DNA of 64,000 nucleotides from Eledone cirrhosa (Eukaryota): NCBI GenBank assembly GCA_964016885.1, contig OZ024743.1, positions 235,042,001 to 235,106,000 of the forward strand, read 5' to 3'. Shown piece by piece: positions 42,028 to 56,080 of this stretch (position 1 is its first letter; each line of letters starts with the position of its first letter). The notes under the pieces were generated by a model. It saw only the letters and a program-made list of their open reading frames with translations, ran no database searches and was not told where the DNA came from. The position numbers and the translations under genes were made by a program.

Positions 42028-42900
42028 ATAATAACAGTTTCTAATTTAGGCATAAGGTCATAAGTTTGAGGTGAGGGGAAAGTCGATTAAATTGACTTCA
42101 GTACTTGACTGGTACTTTATTTTGTTGACACCAGAAGAATGAAAGGCAAACTTAACCGTGGCAGGATTTGAACTCAGAATGTAAAGGGCTTTAACAATAT
42201 GTCACAAAGCATTTTTTCCAATGCTCTACCAATAGTACCAATCCATAACCCTTATTAAAATGATAATTTCTACATTTGACACAAGGCCAACAATTTTAGG
42301 GGAGGGGAAAGTTGATTAAATTAACCCCAGTGTGTTACTGGTGCTTTATTTTATCAACCCTGGAAGGATGAAAAGCAAAGTTAACCTTGGTGGGATTTGA
42401 ACTCAGAACATAAAGGGACATAACTATATGCCGCAAGGCATGTTGTCCGACGCTCTACTGATTCTGCTAATCCACCACCCTTATTATTAAAATAATAATT
42501 GTTTCTACTTTTGGCACAAGGCCAGCAATTACCCAGTACATTATTGGTACTTTATTTTATCGACCCCGTAAGGATAAAAGGCAAAGTTAACGTCGGCGGG
42601 ATTTGAACTCAGACCATAAAGGGCTGTAACTCTTTGCTGCAAAGCATGGCGTCAGACCCTCTACTGATACTGCCAATCCACTGCTCTCATTATTATTAAA
42701 ATAATAATGATAATTGTTTCTACATTTGGCACAAGGCCAGCAATTACCCAGTGTATTACTGGTACTTTATTTTATCGACCCCGAAAGGATGAAAGGCAAA
42801 GTTAACCTCGGTGTGATTTGAACTCAGAATGGCAAGGACCGTAACTCTATGCGTCAAAGCATGGCGTCCAACCCTCTACCGATACTGCCAATCCTAATAA
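42028..42900 (-). mobile_element. Head-to-tail cluster of four Meta-like SINEs
   Basis: Four successive units, each with ggtactttattttatcgacccc.taaggatgaaaggcaaagttaac..atttgaactcaga. Confidence 0.88.
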
Positions 42901-43109
42901 TGATAATGATTTCATATACTGGCACATAGCTACAAATTGAAAATGGAATAGTCTATTGGATATATTCTAAGTATATTACTAGTACATATCTTAAGGAGGC
43001 AAGACTTGAACCTGAACCTTCCCTTATAGGGAAAGGATATAGACAATTGGTTGGCACATTGTATATTATTGGTTTTTATTTAAAGGACTCAGATGAGGTA
43101 AGGGACTAT

Positions 43110-43495
43110 CAGAAACATCACATGGTACCTCCACATTCCCAACGAAGGGCTGCGTGCACGCATGCATCAGCCTGCAGCCTCATAGCTCTTCGCCACATGT
43201 GCTGGTACAGACATGTCATCCGCCTCCTGCAAGATCATCCTACCAGGGCCTTATTGTCTTACAGCAGTTGCAGGCTGGAAGAGGCCCCATGGCAGACCCA
43301 ATACCAGATTGCTGGATGTGATTAAGGGAGATCTCAAGAGGCTTGATGTCACCTTGGAGGATACAGAGGGGCTGGCATGGGACCGCTAGCAATGGGGGGC
43401 ACTAGTAGACCTGGTTGGCTCTACATGCGATGACACCTCTGGGATTGTTGATCTAAGATGACCCCAGTCCCACCTAGCAAGATTAAGAAGAAGTT
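43110..43495 (+). mobile_element. 5'-truncated LINE 3' end with (AAG)n tail and probable TSD
   Basis: Decayed (R)WY(G)HVIRL..HPTRAL motif; tail gattaagaagaag; flanks aaggactcagatgaggtaa and aaggacccagatgaggtaa. Confidence 0.65.
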
Positions 43496-43822
43496 TAAGG
43501 ACCCAGATGAGGTAAAAGATGTAGTTAGTGGCAAAGGAATCTATAATTGCAATATTAAACCAATGATGAAACCTTTAAGTCTTTATGTGGTCACTTAACC
43601 TGCTATAATTAATAGTCAATTCTCTCTCAAACCATAGCCTACCATTTTATATAAGACAAGAACACATTAAATAATGCAGTTCTACATACCACTAAAATGA
43701 TGGGATGGTCATGGTTGGTATTCCTTTCATCATATGTCTGTTTGATAAGCGCAAACCTAAGACTAATCAACAACAACCATCTTTGCAATACAGAAAGGTA
43801 AGTGGGAAAAAGAGAAGCTTAC

Positions 43823-43982
43823 CGCTAAACACTCTCCATCATATAGCAGTCCCATATAGGAGGCAGCATTACCATCACACAGGCTGATGTGGGTTAGCAG
43901 ATTTTCTTCATTCAGGCTCACAATGAAAGAATCATTGGTGATACGTCCTTCAAATTTAGATTTCCCCAGTTTGTAGAATGCA
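43823..43982 (-). CDS. Internal coding exon (phase 2 to 0)
   Basis: Acceptor ttgtatgtttcag, donor gtaagc; AFYKLGKSKFEGRITNDSFIVSLNEENLLTHISLCDGNAASYMGLLYDGECLA. Confidence 0.85.
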
Positions 43983-44754
43983 CTGAAACATACAAACAAC
44001 ACATACTTTTTACTAATGGTTTCTAGGCACAAAATCACAATTATTTTTTTCTATTTTTGTTCATGGAGTAGTATATTTAGATATATTAAATGAATGAAAT
44101 GAAATAAAGTCAACCATGACAGGATTTGAACTTAGAATGTAAAGGGATGCACCTTAGTACAACAAAGTCATTTTGTTTGGTCTTCCTCTATTAATTCTAC
44201 TATTTATAGCTCTTTATTATTTTATAATATTGTTTTTCACAGTGGTACAAAGCCACACATTTTTGGAAGAGGATTAACCCTATCCAAGCATATGCATGCA
44301 TGGTCCTGTAACTCATGGGGAAGTCATAGGGTCACCATACTGCACTTCTAGGACATTTTAAACCTGGTGGAGCCCATCCCTCACTGGGTCTGAATACAGC
44401 AGACTTCTTCCAGAGAAAGATAGAAAGTGAGAAAGAGATATAGAGGAGGAATTGACCCCAGTTCTTAACTGGTACTTTGTTTATCAACCTTGTATGGATG
44501 AAAGACAATGTTAACCTCAGAGAGCAAGAGATGGAATGAATGCCACAAAGCATTCTATCTGATGTTCTAATGACTCTGCCAATTATATCCAAGCATAAAT
44601 GGTTACTTTATAATAATTACAACACTTCATACAGATAACTTGGTTTGTTATTCGTTTTTTACAATTGTTTTAATTTTTTTTTTCAATTAATGAGACAGTT
44701 CACATCCTCTAACTCACAGTATCTTTTTAAAATTTTGATGGAAAAAAGTTATGT

Positions 44755-44920
44755 TTATGTTATAAGGCAAATATAATAAAGAATGTTGTGAGGGGTTTGT
44801 TACAATAAATTATGTTATGAGGCAGATATAATAAAGAATGTTGTGAGGGGTTTGTTAAAATAAATTATGTTATGAGGTAGATATCATAAGAATGCTGAGA
44901 GGGATTTGTTCAAATAAATA
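44755..44920. repeat. About 55-bp tandem repeat, three copies
   Basis: ttatgttatgaggcagatataataaagaatgttgtgaggggtttgtta.aataaa. Confidence 0.85.
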
Positions 44921-47031
44921 AGATCCTAGTTTTCAATAATTGTTTCTACTTTTGGCACAAGGCCAGCAATTATCCAGTGCATTACTGGTACTTTATTTTA
45001 TCGACCCCGTAAGGATGAAAGGCAAAGTTAACCTCGGTGGGATTTGAACTCAGAACGCAAAGGGCCATGACTCTATACTGCAAAGCATGTGTCTGACGCT
45101 CTACTAATACTGCCAATCCACCATCCTAGTTTTCAATAATGTGACAGTTGTAATAATACAAATCAACCTTTTTGACTTGACACAAGGCCTTCACTTTTTT
45201 TAAGGAAGAGAGAGGGGGAGGGAAGGGAGAGGGAGAATGAGAGAGATAAGCTATAACAGAAATAATTGATTGATTGATATTTCAAACAATTATGGTCATT
45301 TTGTGATAATGTGACAGTTGTAATAATACAAATCAACCTTTTTGACTTGACACAAGGCCTTCACTTTTTTAAGGAAGAGAGAGAGGGGAGGGAAGGGAGA
45401 GGGAGAATGAGAGAGATAAGCTATAACAGAAATAATTGATTGATTGATATTTCAAACAATTATCGGTGGATTGGCAGTATCGGTAGAGGGTCAGACACCA
45501 TGCTTTCCAGCATAGTTACGTCCCTTTACGATCTGAGTTCAAATCCCGCCGAGGTTGACTTTGCCTTTCATCCTTACGAGGTCGATAAAATAAAGTACCA
45601 GTAATGCACTGGGATAATTGATGGCCTTGTGCCAAAAGTAGAAACAATTATGGTCATTTTGTGTTTATTGAGGGCTTGCTGTGACCTCTATTTTAAAGAC
45701 AATAAAGGCTCTGTTGAAAAAAGTTTGGCTGTTATACTAGGCAGTTAAGTGACTGTAGTGACTTGCTGGTGTCATGTGATCCTTATTTTATAGCTGGTGA
45801 TTTATAGAAGACTTTAGAGCTACATGGATCAAGCTGAGTGATTTCACAGCAGCTCCTGTGCTGGCTTATGGGGTTTCCATTTTAAAAACAGATTTACTAA
45901 AGAAAATTTGGTGGCTCATTAGAACAATTAAGTAGATTAGTTGACAGAAAGACTTGATTGCTACACGAATCAAGATGAGTGACTATATAAAAGCTCTGCT
46001 GTTGGTTTATGTGGTTTCCATTTCAAAAACAGATTTATTAAAGAAAATTTGGTGGCTCAATGGAACAATTAAGTAGATTTATTGAGGATCAATTTGAGTG
46101 ATTACATATATAAGTTCTCAAAAAGGGATATTTGTAGAAACTTAAGTAGAAGCTTGTTTACATATAAATATTCTAAATATAAAGCTGAGTTACCATGCAG
46201 ATTAAAAAGGTTATTCCCTACTAAAGTGTATTGAATCAAACTATGAAACAGTGCTGTTATGAAGATTAGTGGTAACAACACCAACAACATTTACTATAAA
46301 CATATTAGTATCTGATTGAGACATAGCTGACTGATACATAAATTGCATATATACCAAGCCATGAGCTGAGAATACAATTTTATCATAAGAAATGCATCTC
46401 ATGATATTTTATGTGGATTTGCCATGAAACGCCATCACATTTGATGGATTTTGTTGTTGTATATCTTCAGGTTAGCTCTGATTGAGCAGATTTATGATTA
46501 AAGACATTCCAGTCATACCATAACAATCCCATCCCATCTTTATTTCAAACATTATATGTTGGTGACACGATAAAAAATGCCCAGTCCACACTATAAAGTA
46601 GCTGTTTTGGTGACACAACAAAAAGTGCCCAGTTCACACTGTAAAGTGATTGTTTTGGTGCCACGATAAAAGGTACCCAGTCCACACTTTAAATGTTGTT
46701 GGCATTAGGAAGGGCATCCAGTTGTAGAAACCAAGCCAGAAACAGTTCTGTATGAACAAGACATGGTCATCTAATTTGACTTCTCTCACAATGAGACAAC
46801 TCATGTAACACATGCTAGTATGGAAAATGGACATTAAATAGTGATAATGATGATCAGCAAACATGGGAGGTATGTATGTTGAAAACAAGGTCGTTAATAT
46901 TGAGAATTAATGATTTATTCAAATTTCTAAATCTGAATTGCATAGAATATTCCAGAACATGATGTTCTTGTAAAAATGATACAAATGGAGAGGATTGCAG
47001 AGAACAAAATAAATATAAAAAACAAACTTAC

Positions 47032-47172
47032 CAATCTTTGTGATAGATTTGATGTTTGTCACGATGTCTGATGTATCGGTATGCACATTGGCCAAGGTCT
47101 ACAGGCTTTTTAAACCGTTGAATATAATCAAAGGATAACACATTGAAATTGGTTGCTAGACATAAAGCAATC
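47032..47172 (-). CDS. Coding exon near the N-terminus (phase 2 to 2), not in the ORF track
   Basis: Acceptor tttttgttctgcag, donor gtaagt; IALCLATNFNVLSFDYIQRFKKPVDLGQCAYRYIRHRDKHQIYHKD(C) joins in frame with the 43982 exon. Confidence 0.8.
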
Positions 47173-47319
47173 CTGCAGAACAAAAAATGATAAATACCTT
47201 CAGTATAAAATTGATTTCTTATGTAAACAAAATATCTCAGATTTATATCACAAAGGAAAATGAAATGTGATTTTCAAGTCTTTTTTCCCCCCTTCCAGGT
47301 ATAAAGAACTCCTACACAA

Positions 47320-47960
47320 GGAACAAACCATGGTCAAATTACAAATCTCAGGACTGCCGTTCTCAATGTTGGCACCCTGAAAGGTAAATCAGGTGAAATT
47401 GTGGAGAGGAGGTGAAACTGTGGAGAGCATAATAGCTAAATTAAGGATAGGATGGAAGAAGTTTAGAGAAGTACTCCCATTGTTGACAACAACAGGTTTC
47501 TCTGTATGTCAAAGGGACAGATATATGAAGCCTGTGTGTGAAGTGTGATGCTGCATAGTAATGAAGTATGGGAAGTGACTGCATAGGACATGCTTAGGCT
47601 GGAGAGAAATGAAGTTACCATGCTTCTTAGGATGTGCAATGTGAATGTGAGAGAAAGGGAGAAACTAGGTTTAAGAGGAATCTGAAGTGGTGTGCAAAAG
47701 AGAAGACTGCATTGGTATGTGAATGGATGATGATCACCGAGAGAAGTACCAGAAAATCTCAGTAGAAGGAAGCTGCAGTAGAGGTAGACTAAGGAAAACC
47801 TGGGCAGAGGTGGTGAGAACTGATCTGAAATTACTGAGACTCACAGAGGAGATGACAAAGGAATGTGATGAGTGGAGAGATGCTGTGCTGAAAAGGACCT
47901 GTTTACCCCATGCGAGTGTGGAAAAATGGATGCAAAAACGATTATGATGATGATAATGGA
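47320..47960 (+). mobile_element. Internally deleted RTE (5' start fused to C-terminus)
   Basis: NVGTLKGKSGEIVE at about 47365-47405 is joined directly to IAKLRIGWKKFRE..RGRLRKTWAEVVR, then a (GAT)n tail. Confidence 0.8.
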
Positions 47961-48262
47961 CATTAGTGAGAAACAAAACCAAATTGCTCACTCGGTTTAC
48001 CAACAACTTACACAGAGAAATGGGAAAGCCCCTACTTTGCTATGCAACTTGCTGCAAATAATAACTAGGTATCCCTCATATCACACCCTATCATCTGTGA
48101 AAAAGGAAGGACACATTGGATGTTGTAGTCCTATATACATTGGGTCTGAAAAAATACTCAAGTCTGGAACACATTTTAATATAGATTTGTTTAATCAAGG
48201 CTGTCCTAAGGCTAAACAACAACAGTCAATAACTTACTCACTACCATTAATTTCTATCACTA

Positions 48263-48452
48263 GGGCGGTGAATTGGCAGTATTGGGAGAGGGTCGGACGC
48301 CATGCTTTGACGTATAGAGTTACGGCCCTTGCCATTCTGAGTTCAAATCCCGCCGAGGTTAACTTTGCCTTTCATCCTTACGGGGTCGATAAAATAAAGT
48401 ACCAGTAATGCACTGAGTAATTGCTGGCCTTGTGCCTAACGTAGAAACAATT
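48263..48452 (+). mobile_element. Full-length Meta-like SINE with 17-bp target-site duplication
   Basis: B box gagttcaaatcc; core gcctttcatccttacggggtcgataaaataaagtaccag; TSD attaatttctatcacta at 48246-48262 and about 48450-48466. Confidence 0.9.
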
Positions 48453-48599
48453 AATTTCTATCACTAATAATTACAAAGATGGATGTGGAATGTATTAGTG
48501 AAAATGAGAGAATGTTGATTGAATAGCCAAACAGTAAAAACTTTGATACTGTTTGGAGATCAAATTTCTGTGAGGCTCACTTTAGTTTTCATTACTTTG

Positions 48600-49065
48600 A
48601 GGACATACTGAGAGTGTGTTAAGGCCATATTTATAGGTTGTGGATATCATATTGAGAGTGTTTAGAAACCATATTAGGAGTTATGTCGAGATCTTGTTTA
48701 ATAGCGTGTCGATGTCACACTGAGAGTCTTTAGAGGTCATTCATATTAAAAATGTGTTGAAGCTTATTGAAAGATTATGTTTATAGTGTGGATTTCACAT
48801 TGAGAATGTGTTAAGCCCATGTTGGGGGTGTAGATGTCACACCGGGAGTGTTCTGAGATCATGTTTATAGTGTGTGGATTTCACATTAAGAGTGTTTTGA
48901 GCCCATGTTAGGGGTGTGAATGTCACATTAAGAATGATGTGAGTCCATGTTGGAAGTGTGAATGTCACATTGAGGGTGTTTTGAGCCCATGTGGGGGAGT
49001 GTGAATGTCACAATGAAAATGTGTTAAGGCCATATTGGGAATGTGGAAGCAATATTAGGAGTATG
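48600..49065. repeat. Degenerate ~42-bp tandem array
   Basis: gaatgtcacattgagagtgtgttgagcccatgttgggggtgt-like units recur. Confidence 0.75.
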
Positions 49066-49422
49066 TGTGTTGGTCCTTGGTTGGTTCCAATGACAAGTGT
49101 TCTAATTGTTCGATAAATAGAACAGCTTGCTCATGAAATTTATGTGTAGAGTGGCTGATCATTCCACAGACATATGCATCGTTAACATAGTTTTCAGGGA
49201 GATTCAGCATGATACTGTGTGTCAAGATTGGTCCTTTGAATTATTGGTACAACTCATTTTTCTCAACTGAGTGTGCTGGAGCAATATGAAATAAAACATT
49301 TTGTTCAAGAACACAATGTACTGTTAGAAATTAAACTCAGAAATATTACAATTATGATCTGAACAACTACTAAGCCATGTGTTTTCATGTGTAGCTTATA
49401 ATGACAGATTATAGTTGTTATA

Positions 49423-49638
49423 TTAACTCTTTAGCATTTAAACTGGTCGTAATCTGGTCAGAATTATTTCACCTTTTTCTGTTCAAACTGGCTGTGACTG
49501 GCTGCTCATACTGATGTTAAGGTATTGTTCTCAAAATAAATAATATCACAATCTTGTAGATTCGCTATTATGAAGGTAAAGCCTTTAATATGAAAATATA
49601 ATAGTAAATATAGAATAATGTAAATGCTAAAGGGTTAA
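49423..49638. mobile_element. TTAA-flanked piggyBac-like MITE
   Basis: ttaa-ctctttagcattta...taaatgctaaaggg-ttaa. Copies at 59382-59587, 59864-60088 and 62547-62762; a related family at 54901-55140. Confidence 0.75.
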
Positions 49639-50781
49639 ATGTGTGTGGAGGTCATATTGGGAGTGTATAAAAGATTTATTTATCTGACCATCAAACATTT
49701 AGTCATCTGTTATGTTTCATATTTAATGTTGTCACAGTTAATAATATTTCTTAATGCTTTTTTTAAACTCTGGTTTCTATAGGAAAATATCAATTAGACA
49801 GTAATAAAAATATAGATACTCCAAACAATTGGATAGTAGAGAAGTTGGAGTAATTAGAACAAAATAAAAACGAAGAGACAGTCATTGAGATGGTCACAGA
49901 ATGTGTGACAAAAGAGCATTGACAATTAACTATATATCAGGATACTAAATTTACAGAGGAACGGATTAGTTACCTGACTAATAATGGTTTCTGATTTAGA
50001 CACAAGGCCAACAATTTTTGGGGAGGGGGAAAGTCGATTAAACTGACCCAATTGCATTACTGGTACTTTATTTTATCCCAAAAATTTGACAGCGATGGAA
50101 ATAAAGATAGCCTGAAAAATTGGTGAACAGTCCCTCTCTATATAGACTTTTATTACTACTTCTACTGTGGTCTCTGCTTCTCTGAACTAACTTTCTGCAT
50201 AGCATCCTTACACTGGCACACTCATCCCACCATCCTAAATTTGTCTCACCTCCCAAATCCCACACAAAACATTACCCAATTATTTCTCACCAGAATTATT
50301 GCAGCCCCCTGGAATTCCCTCTCTGCTCATACCCTCCTCCTCATCATCATCGTCGTCGTCATCGTTTAATGTCCATTTATTCATATAACCATTAATCTAT
50401 AAATGTTCCATCTGAATGTCAAACAGCAAAATCACTTGTTGGTGGCATATGGTGTAGTAGAATACAAAGACCATGAGCATTGCTGCCACTCTTCTGACTA
50501 ATGTTCTGCAGAACTATTAGCAACAGCAGAATGGGTGTTGTATTCCACTGGTTCAATGTACCATTACATTGTCAGTCATTGATGTGTTGAAGAATAGGAG
50601 ATGTTTTGGGTTTCATGCCAAGTAAATAATTGAATTGGCATGTTTCCAAACCTTAGGATGTCCAAACTTTTTCAAACTGACACTTTGCTTTTATATGGCA
50701 GAGAAACTGAGTTTTAGCAGTTTTCAAAAACAAACAAATGTATATATGTTCATGAGTGTATGAGTGTATATAGACTTGTAC

Positions 50782-50853
<72 letters not shown>

Positions 50854-51269
50854 GCACTAGTCTTGCAAGATACAAGACGAATGTGCTAGATAGTGCTTTT
50901 GCACCCATTATGTTTTGTATAGTGGCAGTGCATGGAAAATGGAAACCAGATGTGGTTTAATTGGCTGCAGCATGTAGAATAGAAAAGTTTGAACATTAGG
51001 ACAGGAAGTAGACAAACAAGCAAGGTTAGAATAAGGCTAGATAGAAAGAGGGAATGGGAGTGTAAAACTAGATAGTGATATGAACCTATGATCAGTGGTA
51101 CCTTCAGCAGATGCTTTCTCTATTGGGGAAAACAAAATATCTAAGTGATACTACACTATGACCTTTACTAGCAGGGAAAGCTGCAATGATGACGATGATG
51201 ATTAGTGTGAGAGGATTACACACATCCACCTCTCCATCTCCAAAACAGAAGAACAAGAAACTCAGGCAG

Positions 51270-53460
51270 TTCTCTTCCTATCAGATTCAGAGTTGCTACT
51301 ATAAATATTGGCACAATGGAAGATAGGTCCAGTGAGACTGTGGAAATGCTAGTAGCAGAGATGTTTAGATGTATATTGTGTACAAGAAGTAAGATGGATG
51401 GGGAGCTTCTGCCAGATTCATCAGAGGTAAAAAAAACCACTGGTACAAATTCTTCTGAGTGTGTAAAAATACTATAAGTTGAAAAATGAGTGGATAAGTC
51501 AGGGAGTGTAATAGAATAATTAAATTTAGATGAGCCTTGGGCAACACAACAGCTACTATAATCTCCTCAAGCTAGACAAGTGGACTATTAGAAGAGTCAC
51601 TTCTATGAGGTCTTCTTATAGACTAGCTTGATGATAAATGATGGTGATTTCATTATCATGACTGGCTACTTCAATGGACATGTTGAGAAACACAATGATG
51701 GTCTTTTCAGTGTGCATGCAAGTATGGCACAAGAAATGAGGAGGAGTCAAGGCTTCTGGAGTTCTATGATTCTATTGATCTAACCACCTGTAGAATGAAC
51801 TTCAGGAAACCAGCCAGCCATTTGATCACCTGCCAATCAGTTGAACACAGAAGCCAAATAGACTACATTTTACCCAGGAAAAGATAGGGTAGATATGGTC
51901 ATAAAAGTAAAGCAATAGGTCTGGAAAAACTGGAAAAACTGAAAAAAGAATGCAACAACAAACAGTTAGAAGAGAGGCCGGGCACCAGGTATACTTAGCA
52001 AGGGGAGAGAGAGAGAAAAGAAGTTTGCATATGTTTTACAATATGAGGATCAGAGGCATGAAGTGGATTGCAAGATTGTTAGAGAAAATTGAGACAGGGA
52101 GGAAGTGTGTTTGAAATGATAATGGAGCGCTTGCCCTGACTGATGCCAAGAAGAGCCATGAGAGTCCTATTATGAGAGACTGGTGAATGAAGAAAATAAA
52201 TGGGAGAGTGAGAACCTACTTCATATAGATCCAACTGAGGGGCCAGCCATAAAAGTTAACAGCAGTATCATAGACAAAGTGATTAAGAATATGAAGGTAG
52301 GGAAGGCAGCTACACCATCAGGTATAGTTGCTGAGATGCTAAAAATATCTGACATGATAGATTACTAGCTAGTCAGGCACATTATCAGTCAAGTAGTGTA
52401 GGATGGTGTCATACCTAATAATTAGCACTGCAATATTATTGTAAACTATGACAAGGGCAAAATAGATGCACTAGAAAGAAGTAACCAAGTTGATGGACCA
52501 GAGAAAGGGTTATAGTGCAACTAACTAGGAATGGAATAAAGTTAGATGAGATGCAGTTTGGCTTTATGCCAGGTATGAGTACTACCGATGCCCTCTTTCT
52601 TATTAGACAACCACAGAAGTACTGAGCTAAGAGTAAGCCTCTGTACATTTGTGGATCTGGAGAATGCTTCTGACAGGCTCCCCACTCCATAATCTGATAG
52701 GTATTAGGTAGCTAATCAATGGCTCATGAGGACTGTACAAAACTTGTATAGAGGTACAAGCAGCAAGGTGAAAGTTAGAAACAAGTATTGTGAGGAATCT
52801 GGAGTACTGGTGGGCTCAGTCATCAGTCTATGTCTGATTATCATTGTTCTTCAGGCCACAACAGAGGAGTTTAAGACCAGCTGCTCATGGGACTTCCTGT
52901 GTGCTGATGATCTAATCCTTATGACAGAATCAGTAGAATAGTTAAAAGTAAGTCCAGACATGGAAGAACATTCTAAAATGTCTTAATTAGTATGAAAGAA
53001 GACAAGACTCTGATAGTGTTGGGGAAATGGCCGTGCTTTGTATGTCAAAAAGGAGTACACAGTGTAATCTATAGACACACAAGATGTAGTAGGATTACAG
53101 ATGGGTTAAAATAGGCATTAGATTTTGTAGGAGCATATGTAAACAGAAATAAATATTAAGAACAGCTAATGGCAATTTCTTTTTCCATCTATAAGGGTCT
53201 TCACCCTATTTCATAAGTTATTTTCTAGCATCTCCATGCATGAGAACACCATTCTGTCTTAAAGGGTCTTTACCCTATTTCATAAGCTATTTTATAGCAT
53301 CTCCATGCATGAAAACACCATTCTTTATATTAACTAAGGGCTAGGCATAAAATAGATTCCTTCAGTTGTCCAGAAGGTTCCCTAGAAGTTGTTGATATCT
53401 TTTGCTACCTCGGTAACCTAATCAGCTGTGGAGAAAGATGCTTGGAAAATGTAATAGCTA
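51270..53460 (+). mobile_element. Old, near full-span RTE relic
   Basis: Collinear decayed motifs: INIGTM, GYFNGHV, NEENKWE..HIDPTEGPAI, QFGF, CSWDFLCADD, CYLGNLIS. Confidence 0.85.
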
Positions 53461-55619
53461 TACAAATGAATTTTAATTATTCAAGCATAGAAAAACAATT
53501 GCTATGAAGTAGCTATGTATGAAATCCCATATATACTCGAATATAAGCCAATCTAAATATACCCCCACACCACCACCACCACTATGTTTTTGTCTGAGAA
53601 ATAGGCAAAAATCTAAACCATGTTTATAAACCAAGGATAATCAAAACATTATTTAGATGGTGTATATAAGCCAGCCTCCCATTTTACCATCGATTTTTTG
53701 GTCACATATTCCTTGGCTTATATTCAAGTATAGGCAGTAGATTTTCCCACTGCAGAAGAAGGAATCCCAGCCTTTGTTTAATATCAGTAGACATGGGTCA
53801 CCATATATTCTGTTGTAAAAGCATAGGCCCCAAAAAGATGTCTACTTAAAGTGGAATTATCAGGTGTTATTGCTAGGACTGTAGTTGAAGGAAGTGAATC
53901 CAAAGACCCAGGATTTAGAGGCACAACAATTTTCAATAATAATAATAATCACTTGAAAACAAATTTGCTGAATGCGTCTAGCTTCAGTTAACTTATCAGT
54001 GAATCCTAGCTGAATGTGTTTGCTAATTCCAAGTTTTCTGATCTGTGTATTATGAGCTATTTGTTCTAAAGGTCACAGACATAATGTTTTCGAAAACATC
54101 ACTTTCTCATTCAAATTGATATTTACTCAACTTACTGTTTCTGCAGAATGTAATAATGTAGAGAAATCAAAATATTTGAATTGAATATAGACATCAGAGC
54201 TGGTAAACAAACCTTTTTCTTAACATTCAAATAGAACATTCAGTGCAGTAAATGTTGTAAACATTATTTTCTTTCGTTTGACTAGACATGAAACCTGAGA
54301 AGTAATGGAATTTTGTGAGAAGGATGCTTTTCTCTAAACCAATAGTTTTAATCAAGAATAGAAAATAAGTGAAAATGTATTGCCATATATTTGTCTTATT
54401 CAACATCATCTGGTAAGTTGAGCCAATGAGAGAGTCTCAATGTGGTCACCTAAGATACTAAAGATAGCAAACAAAAAACAACAAAGAAATGTTACAAATG
54501 AACTTCTATGAGGCTCGGCTGAAAAGTTCATAGGTTGACTATGAAGGAGTGATGCTAGTGTTGTGAAATCTTGCATGCATTAATTTCAACTCTTCTTATT
54601 AATAACAGCATTGTTTCTTTCTAGGGACTATGCTGAAAAATAAACCTTATTTGGTCATTCCATGAGAGCATCTTGGTCAACCTATGAATTTTTCAGCTGA
54701 CCCCCATACTAATCACACATTAGTTTCACCAATCTCAGCTGGCTTGCAAGGTATATCATTAAACATTTTTATAAGATTTCTTAAGACTTTATTTTCAATT
54801 CCTGCATTGCTTCATGCAGTTATCATTAACCTTATAATTCCCAATATTCCTCAGTTCCCTTAAGTGACAAGAACACTAAGAACTTATCTTATTGGTTCTT
54901 TTAACTCTTTTGTTACCAATCCGGCCCAAACCGGCTCTGGTGCTATGAAATAAAGTCACTCATTTTAAAGGTTTTCAATTTAAATTAAAATCTTCCAACA
55001 TAATTTTATATAAGAACCTTACATTAAGTTACTATCTTAGTAATGAAATAATTAATAATTTAGGTAAATCCTTCAAAATTGTTCATTAATTAATTGAAAG
55101 AGAGTGTTTTTCATTAGAAATGTGGTCATAAAAAGGTTAAGAGATACTGGGAATGATTTCTATGTCAGTCAATTAGGCTCTGGTTAACCATTAAACCCAT
55201 TATATGCAAGAGAAGGGTTGTTGTTATTTTGTGTCGAGTTTACCAGGCAGCAAATCATAAATGATAACAATTTTTTTTTTTAATGAATAAAAAACCTTTG
55301 AAATTTTTTCTAGTTGCCCTAGTAAATAATTCCTTATATTGCTAATTGCTAATTAGTGTCATTTAACATTAAAATATAAAAAGAAAAACACGGTTATATT
55401 TAATAAAGTTGTAGGATCTAGACTGTATTTTTAATCTATTATATTACAATAGCTCCTAAGGTTTTATATCCAGTAAGTTTGACAATGGAAAAGTTGGAGG
55501 GGTACTATTGTTGAGCTGCACTTTGGGCATCTGTCAGATATAATCTGAACCTGCAGTCAATAAATATTTTTTTCCAATTCTAACTGTTTTGTTTATATTT
55601 AATAATTTAGGAACAAAAC

Positions 55620-56080
55620 ACCAGGTGTATAATGCTTGTGTGCAAAGTATGATGTTGCATGGCAGTGAGACATGGCAATAAATGCAGAGGATATTCTAAG
55701 GCTGAAGAGCATGCTTCAATGGATGTGCAATGCTAATGTGCTTGAATGACAAAACATGGATGAGCTGAGAGAAAAGGTAAGAATAAGAGGAATCAGATAT
55801 TGTGTACAGGAGTGAATACTGAACAGGTATGGTTATATGTTGCATATGGATGGATGATGATTGTTGGGTGAAGTGCCAAGAAATCCCAGTGGAAGTAATC
55901 TGCAGAAGAAAGAGACAAAGGAAGACCTAGGTAGAAGTTGTGATACCTGATCTCAATTTGCTGAAGCTCTCAGATGAGATGAGAAAGGATCACAATGAGG
56001 AGAGAGATGCTGTGCTGGAAAAGACCTGTCCAACCCATGCAAGCATGAAAAAATAGACATAAAATGGTAATGATGATAAT
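55620..56080 (+). mobile_element. RTE 3' fragment
   Basis: YNACVQSMMLHGSET..IRGIRYCVQE and the tail. A minus-strand counterpart lies at about 58560-58870. Confidence 0.8.
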
